Source: Girardia tigrina
Taxonomy: Eukaryota
DNA length: 52,690 nt
Direction: 5' to 3'
Assembly (NCBI GenBank): GCA_001938485.1
Contig: MQRK01183776.1
Coordinates: 75,592 to 128,281, forward strand
Made by a program: the position numbers and the translations under genes. The notes below the pieces were generated by a model, which was not told the DNA's origin, did not search any database, and saw only the letters and a list, made by a program, of their open reading frames with translations. Of this stretch, positions 11,471-24,305 are shown piece after piece (positions within the stretch are counted from its first letter, which is position 1; each line of letters opens with the position of its first letter).

Positions 11471-12796
11471 AGTCTAGGTAGCACAAGAGCAGACGAGTGT
11501 AGTATTGATTTTTGCACTTTTTTGTGTAATTTTATATTTTATTTTATTTTTTTAACAGAAATAAATACAATGTATTTTCATATTACACCGGCGACGATTA
11601 ATCAGGGATCAACCGCCGTGATGATCAACTCGATAATCCTGTTCAAATCATTTATATTTGGATTACTGACAATAATCTGCTTAACCAAGGATTTGATGGT
11701 CGGAAAAACTTCTTGGGCACGCTGGTACAAATCTATTTGATGACCTTCCAGGATTTGTGTCTAATAGTCATTTGAAAGATGATTGCGTTTGCTCTAATTT
11801 GGCCAAATCTCTCTGGTTGGTAACACTGGACGACAGCCAACTGCTAATGTCAAGACATTTGGTTGAAATGAGTAATAAATTACCCGCCTTAATCCTACTT
11901 CCATGGGCTCATAGTTTAGTGACATGTTTATTGAGACCGGAAGGTAAAAATGTGTTGGGGTTTTAATTATTAAAAATTATCTTTAATTCAATTATTCACT
12001 TTTTAAAACACAAATCTTAAATCTTTATCTTTAATCGTAAATCTCTTTTCTTATTTCTTTAATCAATAATCTTTAATCAATAATTCTCAATCAATAATNN
12101 NNNNNNNNNNNNNNNNACTCCAATTATTCAGAAAGGTCTTCCAACATAAATATATGAATAATGAACACAAATTCTTTTATCAAACTTTATTTCAAATAAC
12201 AAATATCAACAAGTCACAAATAATAATAATAATTCAATTCTTTGATGACAGAATACAAATACAATCAATATTACGTGCGAGTTAACAGATTACAGTAAAA
12301 ACTGTGAATCTCCCAAAATGAACGATGCTTTGATTTAAACTTAAAACTTTTCTATAAACCTTGTTCTCCCATACAGGGTACTACAGGTTGTATTCAACTT
12401 TGAAAAGTATAAAGTAAATATTAATAATAACTCTACTTACGAACAATTNNNNNNNNNNNNNNNNNNNNNNNNNNNNNNNNNNNNNNNNNNNNNNNNNNNN
12501 NNNNNNNNNNNNNNNNNNNNNNNNNNNNNNNNNNNNNNNNNNNNNNNNNNNNNNNNNNNNNNNNNNNNNNNNNNNNNNNNNNNNNNNNNNNNNNNNNNNN
12601 NNNNNTTTTAATTCCAAGTTTTGTTAAACTAAATATTATTTTATTTGAAGTTAATAATTTTACTAAAAGAATTATTTAAAAATTTCCTATATAAAATTTT
12701 ATCAAAAGTGTTCACATGTATTTTTTCAGAACCCTAACAAATGTAGTGTCGATGCTGATTCGATTAGCAAAAAAAGTGGTTTGCATTTGGCACTTT

Positions 12797-14011
12797 TCAT
12801 ACTGTTACTGATTTTACTGTTGTTCGATACTGAAATCGTTTTTTTAGTTGATGTCTGATCGGTAGTTGATAGTTGATAGTTGATAGTAGGTTTCCCATGA
12901 CAAAATTCGTTTGAGGTTGGCTTTTGAAAGGAATAGATTCTGACAATAGTTCAAAACTATCTCCTTTAAATGAATAGCGAATCAATCTTTTGGCAATTAT
13001 GTCTTGATATTTTTCTATCCTTGTAAGACTTTGATACTGATCATTTGATATCAAGACGCCGCCTGTTGCTTTAACGATATCAAAAATTAAATTGGTGAAA
13101 CTAGGAGCTTCTCTGGCGTTATTGATTTTTCTAGACGGTGTGTATTTTAGATGATTAGAATCTGTCAATGTCTGAAATATTTTTTTCCCAAACCATTGCC
13201 GATGTCGCGGCAAGAGGGCATAGACTTCAGAATATCCTCGATGGATGAAAAAATCCACAGCAATTTTAATTCCAATACAACTAAAGGATCTTCCTTTTCC
13301 GTGTCCATTAGCGATATTTTCTCCATCAATAATTATTGTTTTATAATCACATGGATGTTCCAGAGAAACATTGAGAGCCAGCGTCTCTTGGTCAGAGCTG
13401 CAGCGCCAGTCACTTAAAGTGCCGTCAGTGGTGCATTGATGGTCATCTGTTTCATTCTTTGCCGTCACTATCGGTAGAGTAGTCATCAACTCGGCGCGGT
13501 CTTTCAATACTAAATAGATGAAAACCTTGCTTCTCACAGAAGACAAATATCTCCAGTCAATAGATATTTTGAGATCATGACACAGCCGCCTCAATTTCAA
13601 TTCTTTCTTTTCTGAAAAATCAAAATCGATATTTTTATCAACTATTCGGTTGTAATGAAAAAAGTAGTCATTGACGCGAGAAGTATCGTTCACACTGCTG
13701 TAAATATTAAGAAAATCGCCATCAATCGTCATCAGAACATTGCAGTTCGTCTCAAAGAAATATCGAACAGTATTTATTCTCAGAGCTTCTTTTGAATGTT
13801 GATTTAGGGATAATTTGAAGTGACTGTCAAATTTATTGAAATAATCAACTTTTTTTTGACAAAGAATTAATTCCGATTGTTTTCCGGATATAATTATATC
13901 AGAATGATCGATTCTAATTGACACTTGGAATCGATTTTCGAGATGTCGTTTTAAGGCGTTTCGTAGAATTAAATTCGGACAATTTACAGTGATTGGTTCG
14001 TTAGATGCCAT
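12797..14011 (-). CDS. KH-like repeats + NYN/RNase_Zc3h12a (PIN-like) domain protein, KHNYN/N4BP1-like, intronless, 404 aa
   Basis: Intact ATG-to-stop ORF. IIIDGENIANGHG..FSCIGIKIAVDFFIHRG..YTPSRKIN..GGVLISNDQY..RLIRYSF matches the Regnase-1/N4BP1 NYN domain. The N-terminus has 2-3 degenerate KH-like helix-strand-strand-helix units (e.g. LKRHLENRFQVSIRIDHSDIIISG). Confidence 0.85.
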   Translation of the reverse strand: MASNEPITVNCPNLILRNALKRHLENRFQVSIRIDHSDIIISGKQSELILCQKKVDYFNKFDSHFKLSLNQHSKEALRINTVRYFFETNCNVLMTIDGDFLNIYSSVNDTSRVNDYFFHYNRIVDKNIDFDFSEKKELKLRRLCHDLKISIDWRYLSSVRSKVFIYLVLKDRAELMTTLPIVTAKNETDDHQCTTDGTLSDWRCSSDQETLALNVSLEHPCDYKTIIIDGENIANGHGKGRSFSCIGIKIAVDFFIHRGYSEVYALLPRHRQWFGKKIFQTLTDSNHLKYTPSRKINNAREAPSFTNLIFDIVKATGGVLISNDQYQSLTRIEKYQDIIAKRLIRYSFKGDSFELLSESIPFKSQPQTNFVMGNLLSTINYQLPIRHQLKKRFQYRTTVKSVTV

Positions 14012-14069
14012 TCGGGAAGATTTATTAATACACTAATTAATGAATTCAAATTTTTAATAATAAAATATA

Positions 14070-14078
<9 letters not shown>

Positions 14079-14118
<40 letters not shown>
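14079..14118. repeat. (TA)n microsatellite about 70 nt upstream of the KH-NYN start codon
   Basis: Seen directly. Confidence 0.95.
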
Positions 14119-14125
<7 letters not shown>

Positions 14126-15239
14126 ATTATTTTCATTTGTTTTATTTTAAAAAGAAATTATTGGTTTAAAATGTTAAAATTATTATTTTTAAATTTTTAA
14201 TTTCTATTACTTGTATTTTAATTTTTAAATTATATTTTAAAAAAATTCGTTAGCAGTTATAATTTTTGTGGTTTATTTACTATTTTAATTTGAATAATTT
14301 AATTGTTAATAATTTAATAATTTAATTGCGTAAAAAGTGTTGATTTAATTAGATTTTTTATCACATTTTTATTTACTCATATTTACTCATATATATTACG
14401 TGCAATATATTTGTAAATATTTAAATAATTTAAATTTGTATTATAATGCATTTCGTATCTTTTTTAATATCTTCATTATTCATTAAATCTTCGTTTTATC
14501 TTTATTTTATAATTCAATGTGAAAATTCTTTAAATTATTACATTATTCATTCTATTTAAATATATGTATAAAAATTTTTTTCAATTAAATTGATGATAAT
14601 TTAGAATTCTTTTAAAACATCTTTTGTCACATAATTAATATTATTAAAAAAATATTTTAAAATTGTTTATTTTTTATTTAATTAAATATTATTTTAAATA
14701 TATACATCAATTTTTGTATTTAAATATAGGTTTAAAAAATTTTATTTCAAATTTCATATGCTTTTAAAATTATGATAGTTTAGAATTTCTTGTTAAAACT
14801 TTTTTTATAGCATAATTAATATTATTTACAAAAATTTGATTTTAAGGTTGTATATTTTTAATTTAATAAATATATACTATAAAATTTAGAAGTTACATAA
14901 AAAAGTTTACGTTAAAAATTCAAATTACGGTTCTGTTTGAACAATAAATTGTGAAAGTATTAAGAATTATTTAATTTAAATAATTTTTAAAATTATAATA
15001 TTAAATCATTTTTGAAGCAATAAATAAATTGAGTTTTTGTAAATATATTAATGAGATTAACTTAAAAGACTTTTAAAATTAGAATTGATACGATAATAAT
15101 TAATTGAAGTGATTTATAATTATTTATTCTTATGAGTTTTGATCAAAATGTTTTTACAGTTATTTATTATTATATTTTAATTTTTTTATAATATATTATT
15201 TTTTATACTTGCTTACTTTAAGATAAATATTAAACAAGC

Positions 15240-15960
15240 TTATTTTCCCAATGTAATTCTTGTTTAATATCAAATTTTTGACACAATTTGTCTCAATTGG
15301 GAGCCTTCAAACGCTCTATCCATTTCTGACAAGAAGGATTTGGGCTTCCCATACCGATTTATCGAAACATTTAGAATTGCTCTAGTTATTGTCTCCTGTG
15401 CTTAACTTTTTAAGGAAACTAGAACGACTACTTTGCTGAACCTGTCAATTAATACTAACATGTATTTTTTACCAGTTTTTGATACTATCATGTAAACAAT
15501 GTCCATAACCACTTGTTCAAATAGTTGAAAATCTACTTGAGGTAAAAATGTTTCTTTCGTAGGTGTCGTTGTACCTTTTCTTCTTATACAAACTTTAGAT
15601 ATTTGCAATATTATCCTTATTGATTCATTCATTTTTGGCCAAAAATAAATGTCTTTCTTGTATTCATAAAGCTTTTTGGTCCCAAGGTCACATAATTCAT
15701 TGTGAATATGCTCTACTAAATGTCGTTTACCAGCTTCAAAAACTATTAATCACTTACTATTTCCATCATTGAAACATTATAGACCATCTTCAATTACCAT
15801 CTGATCAACAAATGACCATAAAGTATTTCTTTGAACATCCGGTGTTGGTGGTTCGTTCAATTCTATTATGATATCACTTATATCTTTATCGATTTTCTAT
15901 ATTTTTGAAATATCCAGAACATCTGCTACATTTAGTGCATTTAAATACATACTTTGCTTT
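15240..15960 (-). mobile_element. Ty3/gypsy integrase fragment
   Basis: HIHNEL..LGTKK..YFWPKM..C zinc-finger region, FEQVVMDIV, KYMLVLIDRFSK, RYGKP; decayed. Confidence 0.85.
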
Positions 15961-17981
15961 TAATAGCCTTTGCTCCAATGTGCTTCGTAAGACAATGTAC
16001 ACACAATAATTCTGCTATTCGTGAAAAGTAATAACTAGTCAATGATACTGAATTTAAGAAAAACAACAGTGAAAATATAAAAAATTTAAAGTATAAGTAA
16101 AATATTATTTTAAAAGTCGTTTCTTTTGCTGACTGACTGACAATTGAATTTTATAATTATAGATTCATTTGATTAAAGAATCGTAATTAAACTAATAATT
16201 TATAAAAATTTGAAAAATTAAATAAAATAAATATAATTTTATTTTAATAAATAATCTAACTAAGATTTATTATTTAAAATGTTAAATAACAATATTATTG
16301 CATAAATCGATATTGTATTTATAAAATTATACCAACTCCATTTGATACCGAGTTACGCAGAAGCGTCTAATGTATTTTTAAAATAATTAAATATATTTAA
16401 GAAAAATATGATCAACTAAAACTTCATAATAAGATAAGATAATATGTTTGAGGAATTGAATTTTTAATGATAACTAATATTAATTTTCTAAATAATATTA
16501 ATTATGAGTTATTATACAAATAAAATAATTATACTCAAAACAACCTATTATATTATTTGAATATAACACTATTTTTTCCTAATTATCCACTGACCTTCCA
16601 AAAGTTTTATCAGTATATATGATACTGAACTCAAGAAAAACGCGTATATTTAAAATAATATAATCTGATAGTAAAATATAATTATTCAAAAGTCATCACT
16701 TTTGCTGATTGTAAAATATCATTTAAATTCCAATATACAAATTTTTTACATAAAGATACATTATTTTTTAAAAAATTATAACAATCAATATATTGAGTTT
16801 AAGAAAATCAATTATATATTTACTGATAATAATTACAAATGTTAAAAATAATATTAATTATAAAATATTATATATACGAAATAATAATATTTTTTTTCAG
16901 AATATGATTTGTCATTAGAAAGAAAAATACATCTTTTTAACACATAAATATACACTGTTTTTTAAAAATTCAGTATGATACAAAGTATTAGACAAGCCAC
17001 ATGAGTATATTTTAAATAATTAAATTTAAAAGTAAAATATTATTATCAACGATAAATCCATTTGAAATAAAACATTAAAAGTCCTATTCGAAATTTTTTT
17101 TTAGTAAGTAAAACCAATTTTATAAATAAAACGTATTAAATTTTAATTAATAAAATGTTTTAGTTGTTATAACTAGTCAATCCGATACTGATTTTAAAAC
17201 TAACGGCATAGTGATAAATGATGCAGTAATTGCAGTAATTAACTATTTAAACGATATTTATTTTATTATGTATTAACAATAATTTCGTTCAAATTTCTGA
17301 AATGTAATAAAAGGAATAATGATAAAGATTTTCAAAAATCCGTACAGTCACTTTTACGGAACCAATCGAATAAAAACTGGCCTATTGTAAAACAATTAAA
17401 ATTTTGGTTTTCGTTTTAAAGTTACTTTTTACAAATTAATTTTGGATCAACAATATTATTATTTAACAATGAATTATTTAAAATTGATTCAATTTTTTTA
17501 TTTAAATTTTATCAATTATATTAAATATAGTTTTAATGAAAAGTAAATTATAATTATAAGTATCGGTTATTTTATTACTAATTTAAAATAATAAGGAAAC
17601 TTTAATTTGTAATTAATATAATAAATTAGAATAATCATTTAACTATAATTTATTTTTAAGTTTAAAATTTATTTTTATAAAAATAAATTGTGGGAATAAT
17701 TGTAAAGATTGGAATTAGTTAGTATATGTTATTTAAGCTATTAAATATTTTTGTGAAGCTTAATAAAAATTACTATTGTGAGATTTTGAATTTTTAAATT
17801 CATTGTAATAAACAAGAATAAGGAAAAGTACATTAAAATATTTTAAGATAAAAATTTAAATAAACATTTTAAAATGGATTTGAATAGAAAATAATTTTTA
17901 TGTAATTTTAAATATTTAATTGGTAAACAAATTTAAAATACATTTAAAGATCTTTTTTAATAAACTCAATTGTATTATAAT

Positions 17982-18266
17982 TGTTGATGAAATTCTATTT
18001 GGAATCAATTTAATTGTTTTGTTCTGATTTTAAAGAAAAATTTTCATCAACAGACAACAATTTATCAATATGCACGATTCTGGAATGTATTTGAAATGTT
18101 TTTATACATTTAGTAAAAGATTGTATAATTTATACTAAATGTATAAAAACATTTCAAATACATTCCAGAATCGTGCATATTGATAAATTGTTGTCTGTTG
18201 ATGAAAATTTTTCTTTAAAATCAGAACAAAACAATTAAATTGATTCCAAATAGAATTTCATCAACA
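17982..18266. repeat. Perfect 134-bp inverted repeat with a 17-nt spacer
   Basis: 17982-18115 is the exact reverse complement of 18133-18266 by eye. Confidence 0.9.
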
Positions 18267-19612
18267 GCACAATATTCCACATTTGCATGTAGAAGTATGC
18301 ATAATAATGAGAGGAAATAACAAAATCATTTCAAACATTTCCCTCATTAAATACAAATTATAAAATATTTGTATTTTTTGAAAAAAATATTTAAAATAAC
18401 TGTTTATTTTAAAAATAAATTACTTTATGCATAAATTATTTTGAATTTGTTTTAAAATGGAAATTTTTACTGAGCTTCTTGATCAATATCATTATACAAT
18501 CATTATTAATATAATGACATGGGTGTTTTTTATCGAATGTAGTTAGTTACAATTTAACATATTATTCTGTTATCCATATCTTATTTTTTATTTACAGTAG
18601 CTCATGTAGTAAGGATATATTACAGAGCACTTAAGAGGATAATGTTGCATTACAACTTCAAGGGATATTTACAAAGTACCAGATTAAGTGAATAAGTTGT
18701 TTCACAAATCTTCACAGTTTTATGGATTAAAGTTTCTAATTAGGAAAGCATTCGAAAAGCGTGTACAAATTTATTTTCACTGATATAACTTGCCCTACGA
18801 AACATATAATCATAGCCATTATATATTAATAAATATTTTATTATTATTTGCTTATAAAAGTAATTATTTTTAGTTTTAAATAAAACAATTGCTTGAGAAC
18901 CATTTACTTCGCGGTTGCTTCAAAATTTGAAATACAAAGAGTATAAGCTATTATTTCTTCTTTGTTTGAATTTCATTATTGCTGGCGAATAATGTCATTA
19001 TTAAAGTTAAAATTTGTTCCTTTTTAAGGTCAGTTGTCTTGGTAAATTTAAATGAAGATTGTAAAATGTTAGAATCTATGTTTTTGTTGTCCTTAAAATC
19101 TTGTAAATTTCAAATACGAAATTTCCAAATTAACATAACACTCTCTAAAGCAAATTCCTCTATTGATGAAAGGAATAAGGAAGAAGAAAAATTTCAGATC
19201 TATTATAAATATTTTATATTGTTTTTTAATATATAATTACAGTATTGCGCATTTATTAAAACCCGTTTCTGTATTAAATAACTTTTCAATGATGATATTG
19301 AAAAATTAATTTTTTTAGATTTTTTCCATTTAATATTAAATAAAAAAATGGTAAATCGTATTTAAAATATTTATTTAATTCTTCAAATAAATTTTGGATA
19401 ATTATTTTTAAATTTAACTATATCGTTGATTTTCAAATATCATTTCAAATGAAAATCATAAAAAATACATTTTATTTATTTAAACAAAAGTCACCTTTTC
19501 ATCTGATTTAACCAACTAATTATAATTAACTAAAATATAACATTTTAATTAAAACTGTAAAGTAAACAATTTTTAGTAGAAATTATTTGCTTTTATCATA
19601 CTTGTTTAAATA

Positions 19613-20712
19613 TTAGGTTGTTCGATATGAAACGGGTCAAAATTAAAGTAAAATGTAAATCGATTTTTTTTAAATAATAAAATTTTATTTTTAATCAAAA
19701 TATCCCCCCATGTTGTCAACACACTGTTNNNNNNNNNNNNNNNNNNNNNNNNNNNNNNNNNNNNNNNNNNNNNNNNNNNNNNNNNNNNNNNNNNNNNNNN
19801 NNNNNNNNNNNNNNNNNNNNNNNNNNNNNNNNNNNNNNNNNNNNNNNNNNNNNNNNNNNNNNNNNNNNNNNNNNNNNNNNNNNNNNNNNNNNNNNNNNNN
19901 NNNNNNNNNNNNNNNNNNNNNNNNNNNNNNNNNNNNNNNNNNNNNNNNNNNNNNNNNNNNNNNNNNNNNNNNNNNNNNNNNNNNNNNNNNNNNNNNNNNN
20001 NNNNNNNNNNNNNNNNNNNNNNNNNNNNNNNNNNNNNNNNNNNNNNNNNNNNNNNNNNNNNNNNNNNNNNNNNNNNNNNNNNNNNNNNNNNNNNNNNNNN
20101 NNNNNNNNNNNNNNNNNNNNNNNNNNNNNNNNNNNNNNNNNNNNNNNNNNNNNNNNNNNNNNNNNNNNNNNNNNNNNNNNNNNNNNNNNNNNNNNNNNNN
20201 NNNNNNNNNNNNNNNNNNNNNNNNNNNNNNNNNNNNNNNNNNNNNNNNNNNNNNNNNNNNNNNNNNNNNNNNNNNNNNNNNNNNNNNNNNNNNNNNNNNN
20301 NNNNNNNNNNNNNNNNNNNNNNNNNNNNNNNNNNNNNNNNNNNNNNNNNNNNNNNNNNNNNNNNNNNNNNNNNNNNNNNNNNNNNNNNNNNNNNNNNNNN
20401 NNNNNNNNNNNNNNNNNNNNNNNNNNNNNNNNNNNNNNNNNNNNNNNNNNNNNNNNNNNNNNNNNNNNNNNNNNNNNNNNNNNNNNNNNNNNNNNNNNNN
20501 NNNNNNNNNNNNNNNNNNNNNNNNNNNNNNNNNNNNNNNNNNNNNNNNNNNNNNNNNNNNNNNNNNNNNNNNNNNNNNNNNNNNNNNNNNNNNNNNNNNN
20601 NATATCTGTCAAGAAATACCTTATTTATTTTCATACGATAGTTCAAAGTTAAGTTATACGCGATTGAAATGTAAGGTGTGAAGTTTGACCCGTTTCATAT
20701 CGAACAACCTAA
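19613..20712. mobile_element. mariner-type element with interior lost in an N-gap
   Basis: 29-bp TIRs TTAGGTTGTTCGATATGAAACGGGTCAAA at both ends, flanked by TA. Confidence 0.85.
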
Positions 20713-21189
20713 TAGTAAATAAATAAATTTTAAACTAAAATCAATAATTGTCTAGGTGTCAACTTTCAGGTGATAAGGTTAGTAAGTAGATAAGTTAATA
20801 CATTTTTCATAGGTTGTGGTAAAAGTATATATGTTCATTGGTTATGCTTTATTATTGGTTTTATTTTTAATTGCTGAGAAGAATTCAAGTTTTTTAGCAT
20901 TATTCATTAATAATTAAAAAGAAATTTTATCATAATTTTAATAATACAGCTCTTATATTGCAACATAAATATTCACTTAACCTTGATTTAAATCGAACAA
21001 TCATAAATGAACGTGATTACGTTCTTTTAAAGTTTATAATATACAAATTAAAACTAATCTTGTCAGTAATTAGGGCTTGTTACTAATTTTATCTTAATTT
21101 TATATTTCTAACAATGCTTCTACTAATACAAAATTTATATTACAAAAAATTTTGAATAAATTAGGTATGTTAGTTGTCATAATTTTGTT

Positions 21190-21990
21190 CAGCATTTGAA
21201 ATGATGGGTCTTGTCATAATCGTCGGCAACGCCGTCAACTGTGAAGGGAGAGAGCCGGCGTCTACAAACTCCCATGTTCGTTTCCCGACCGACAATATTT
21301 TGCGATATGACCCGGTTTCTGACATTTGTAGCATATTGTTTGTCTGTTTAATTGCCACTGACAACCCTTATGATGATTACTTTCCTTCAATTTAGTGTCT
21401 CTCTCACGATGAACATAGGGTCCTTTCTGAAGATTTGCTCTGGGTTTATCGAGTTCGCCCTGACCTCCAGAACTCCTTGTTTCTTTGATGTTGTTTCGGT
21501 GTTGTACTGCTGCCATTGAACCCTATAATAAACCGTTTTTAATCCCCAAATACCTGCGGCTATATTCGATCATTTCGGTCAGGGGTTGGTTGCCTGCCCG
21601 TTCCAAATCCACCTGCAACTCGAAAGGCTGTCCAACCATGAAGACAGCCTTTGTTAGATCGTCGACCTTCGTTGCTAACATTTTCACTTGAGATGCATAT
21701 TCATCGATAGTATGTAAGTTTATCAATTGACTGTACGCAGAACGTCTAGTCAGGCCGAACGAATTGTTTAATATCTTGAAGAACCGATCGCAGCTGCTTT
21801 GCCTCTTCTCGTCCGATTCCATGCAGATAGTCAGTGCAACGCCCGATAGTAAAAAAGGGAGATACGGGGCTGGATCAGTAATCTTCTGGATTTTCATGAT
21901 CATTTCAAATTTCTTCTGCCAAATCTCGAAGCTGATGCTTCCATCGAATTTTTCCAAAAACTCCAAAACGATTTTCATATCATTCATTAT
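21190..21990 (-). mobile_element. gag: LTR-retrotransposon gag remnant
   Basis: LEKFDGSISFEIWQKKFE..YLPFLLSGVA capsid-like region; knuckle CYKCQKPGHIAKYC; SGNE tail. Confidence 0.85.
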
Positions 21991-22204
21991 GCCCGGATAG
22001 CTTGTAACACGCGAAAAGTTTATTTTCAAAACAATGTTTAATTGATAATATTTAAACAAAATATTTATCAAAAAAGCATATATTAAATATTTGAAATAAT
22101 CAAAATATCTAATATCCAACAATAACTAAAATGAAATATTTTCATTATTAATACACATTTTTTGAAACACGACATTTTCAATAACTATATTTTTAGTTAG
22201 ACTA

Positions 22205-23560
22205 ATGAGTTTTCCTGTATTTAATATGAAAAATAGGTATTTAATATAAAAATATGTATTTAATATAAAAATATGTATTTAATATAAAAATATGTATTTA
22301 ATAAAAAAATATGCATTTAAATATCAATTTCGCACTAATAATGGAGTCAAAACTTGGAGATGCAGGCAGCATCAAAGTTCAAGATGTCATGCTTTCCTTA
22401 AGACAGCTGACGACCATAATACCATTTTGTGCCTTCCATGTAATCATTCACATGTTTCCTGCCCTCAGAAGGTTGTGGTAAACATTGCTCAAAGTAAAAT
22501 GAAGGTTGCCATGAAGGAAGTAGGTGCCACTATCCGTAATATGATGGGCCATGCATTACGAAGCTTGAGCATGGACATTCTTGATCATATGCCTAAGAAA
22601 TCATTTATTGTTAGAACCTTACATAGACAGAAACAGGCTGATCATATTCCCAATCCAACTGCACCTGACTTTGTGATTCCTGACAAATATTCTATACTAG
22701 TTTTGTATGATTCTGGGCTTAATGATCCTAACAGAGTTTTGGCATTTGGTGACAGAGAAATATTACTTAAACTTTGTAATGACACCATTTATAGGGATTG
22801 AACATTGGACAAGTCACCTGAGATATTTTATCAGCTTTATACTTGGTATTCTCAAATAGGCACATCATATCCACCTTGCATTTACTTTCTTTTGCAAAAA
22901 AAGGATGTTTCAAATTCTTAAAATACTACTGCCGCAGTTGTCACCAACTAAAATCTTGGTTGATTTTGAAAAAGCATGTATGAATGCAGCAAAAGTCGCA
23001 TTTCCTGATGTAGATGTTAGAGGTTGCTACTTTCACCTCTGTCGAAGTCTTATCAGAAAATTCAACATTGTTGGATTAAAGAATGAATATGAGAGCAACA
23101 TTGGCATCAAACTTAGGCTAAAATCACTATGTGCTTTGGCTTTTGTGCCTGACACTGATGTCCAGAATGTTTTTGATATTCTTGCTGCAACATTCCCTGG
23201 TGAGGATAGGTACAATGAAATTCTCACATTTCTTATCAACTTATATTGAGGGTGCTCTTGGTAGAGCTGGAACCATTTCGATTCTGCTGGTGAGCAGACA
23301 CCAAAAACTACAAATTGTTGCGAAGGTTTCCACAATGCTCTTAATGCCACATTTCAATGCAGCCACCCCAGTATTTGGACCTAGCTTGATGGACTTGGAA
23401 GAGATATAGCTTGTCACAGACTGACTTTGGCAAATGCTCTGTCAGGTCGCCCTGAGGTTGTAAAGAAAAAATATGTATCATTGAGTGAGGCTATTGCAAT
23501 GGCTGTGCAAGAATACAATTTGAATGCATCGAATGATGAAAAACTGAAATACTTGAAATA
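22205..23560 (+). mobile_element. MULE transposase pseudogene (FLYWCH + MULE domain)
   Basis: WRC..C..HSH FLYWCH-type finger; FYQLYT; ILVDFEKACMNA..RGCYFHL; KTTNCCEGFHNALN; a 19-bp tandem expansion (TATTTAATATAAAAATATG) at ~22218-22305 disrupts the 5' end. Confidence 0.88.
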
Positions 23561-23879
23561 TATAATTAATGATAATAACAATATAATAACAATAATTGAA
23601 TCCCGAACAGTAATTATAATATACGAGTCTTAAGCCCGTCATGTATGTATTCGGTGGACTTTTTTTGTTAAAAAAAATTCGGTAGACTTTTTTTGTTAAA
23701 AAAACTCTTGAAAAACATTTAACTATCACATAACCAAAAATCCAATAGTACTAAGAAAGATACTAAAACATGAAAAAAGAGATTCTGTTTTGCTGTACTT
23801 CTTCATGTGCTGCTCTGTAAATACAATACATGACGTCATAGCGTTCTTGATAGATTCAGTCAGTCAGTCACAGATCAAG

Positions 23880-23884
<5 letters not shown>

Positions 23885-23928
<44 letters not shown>
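23885..23928. repeat. (TA)n microsatellite
   Basis: Seen directly. Confidence 0.95.
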
Positions 23929-23931
<3 letters not shown>

Positions 23932-24175
23932 TCTTTTAACAATCTAGAACTCATCTTAGAGGCATAATAATGTAAGTAACGAGTCGTTGAATTATTTGTC
24001 TCGGCAATTTTCGTAGTGTTCGGGGTTATAACTTTTTGCATGGTTCGTTATAAATAGTGTAAATAGTATAAATAAATAAACAATGTAAGTCGAGGTCATG
24101 ATGTGAGTTAAGAAACCTTGTAAGTTAATAAGGACTCTTCTTGTAAATCTATCCCTTATGTAAATAAGTATTCAT

Positions 24176-24305
24176 TATCAACTTATATTGAGGGTGCTCT
24201 TAGTAGAGCTCCTCAGTTTCCAATAAAATGCTGGAACCATTTCGATTCCGCTGGTGAGCAGACACCAAAAACTACAAATTGTTGCGAAGGTTTCCACAAT
24301 GCTCT
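24176..24305 (+). mobile_element. Short second copy of the MULE transposase segment
   Basis: Near-identical to 23233-23342 but retains an extra 22 nt. Confidence 0.85.

Noticed and set aside
12381-12617. 78-aa ORF
   Set aside because: Spans an N-gap.
19606-20681. Long ORFs in the track
   Set aside because: They are poly-X translations of an N-gap.
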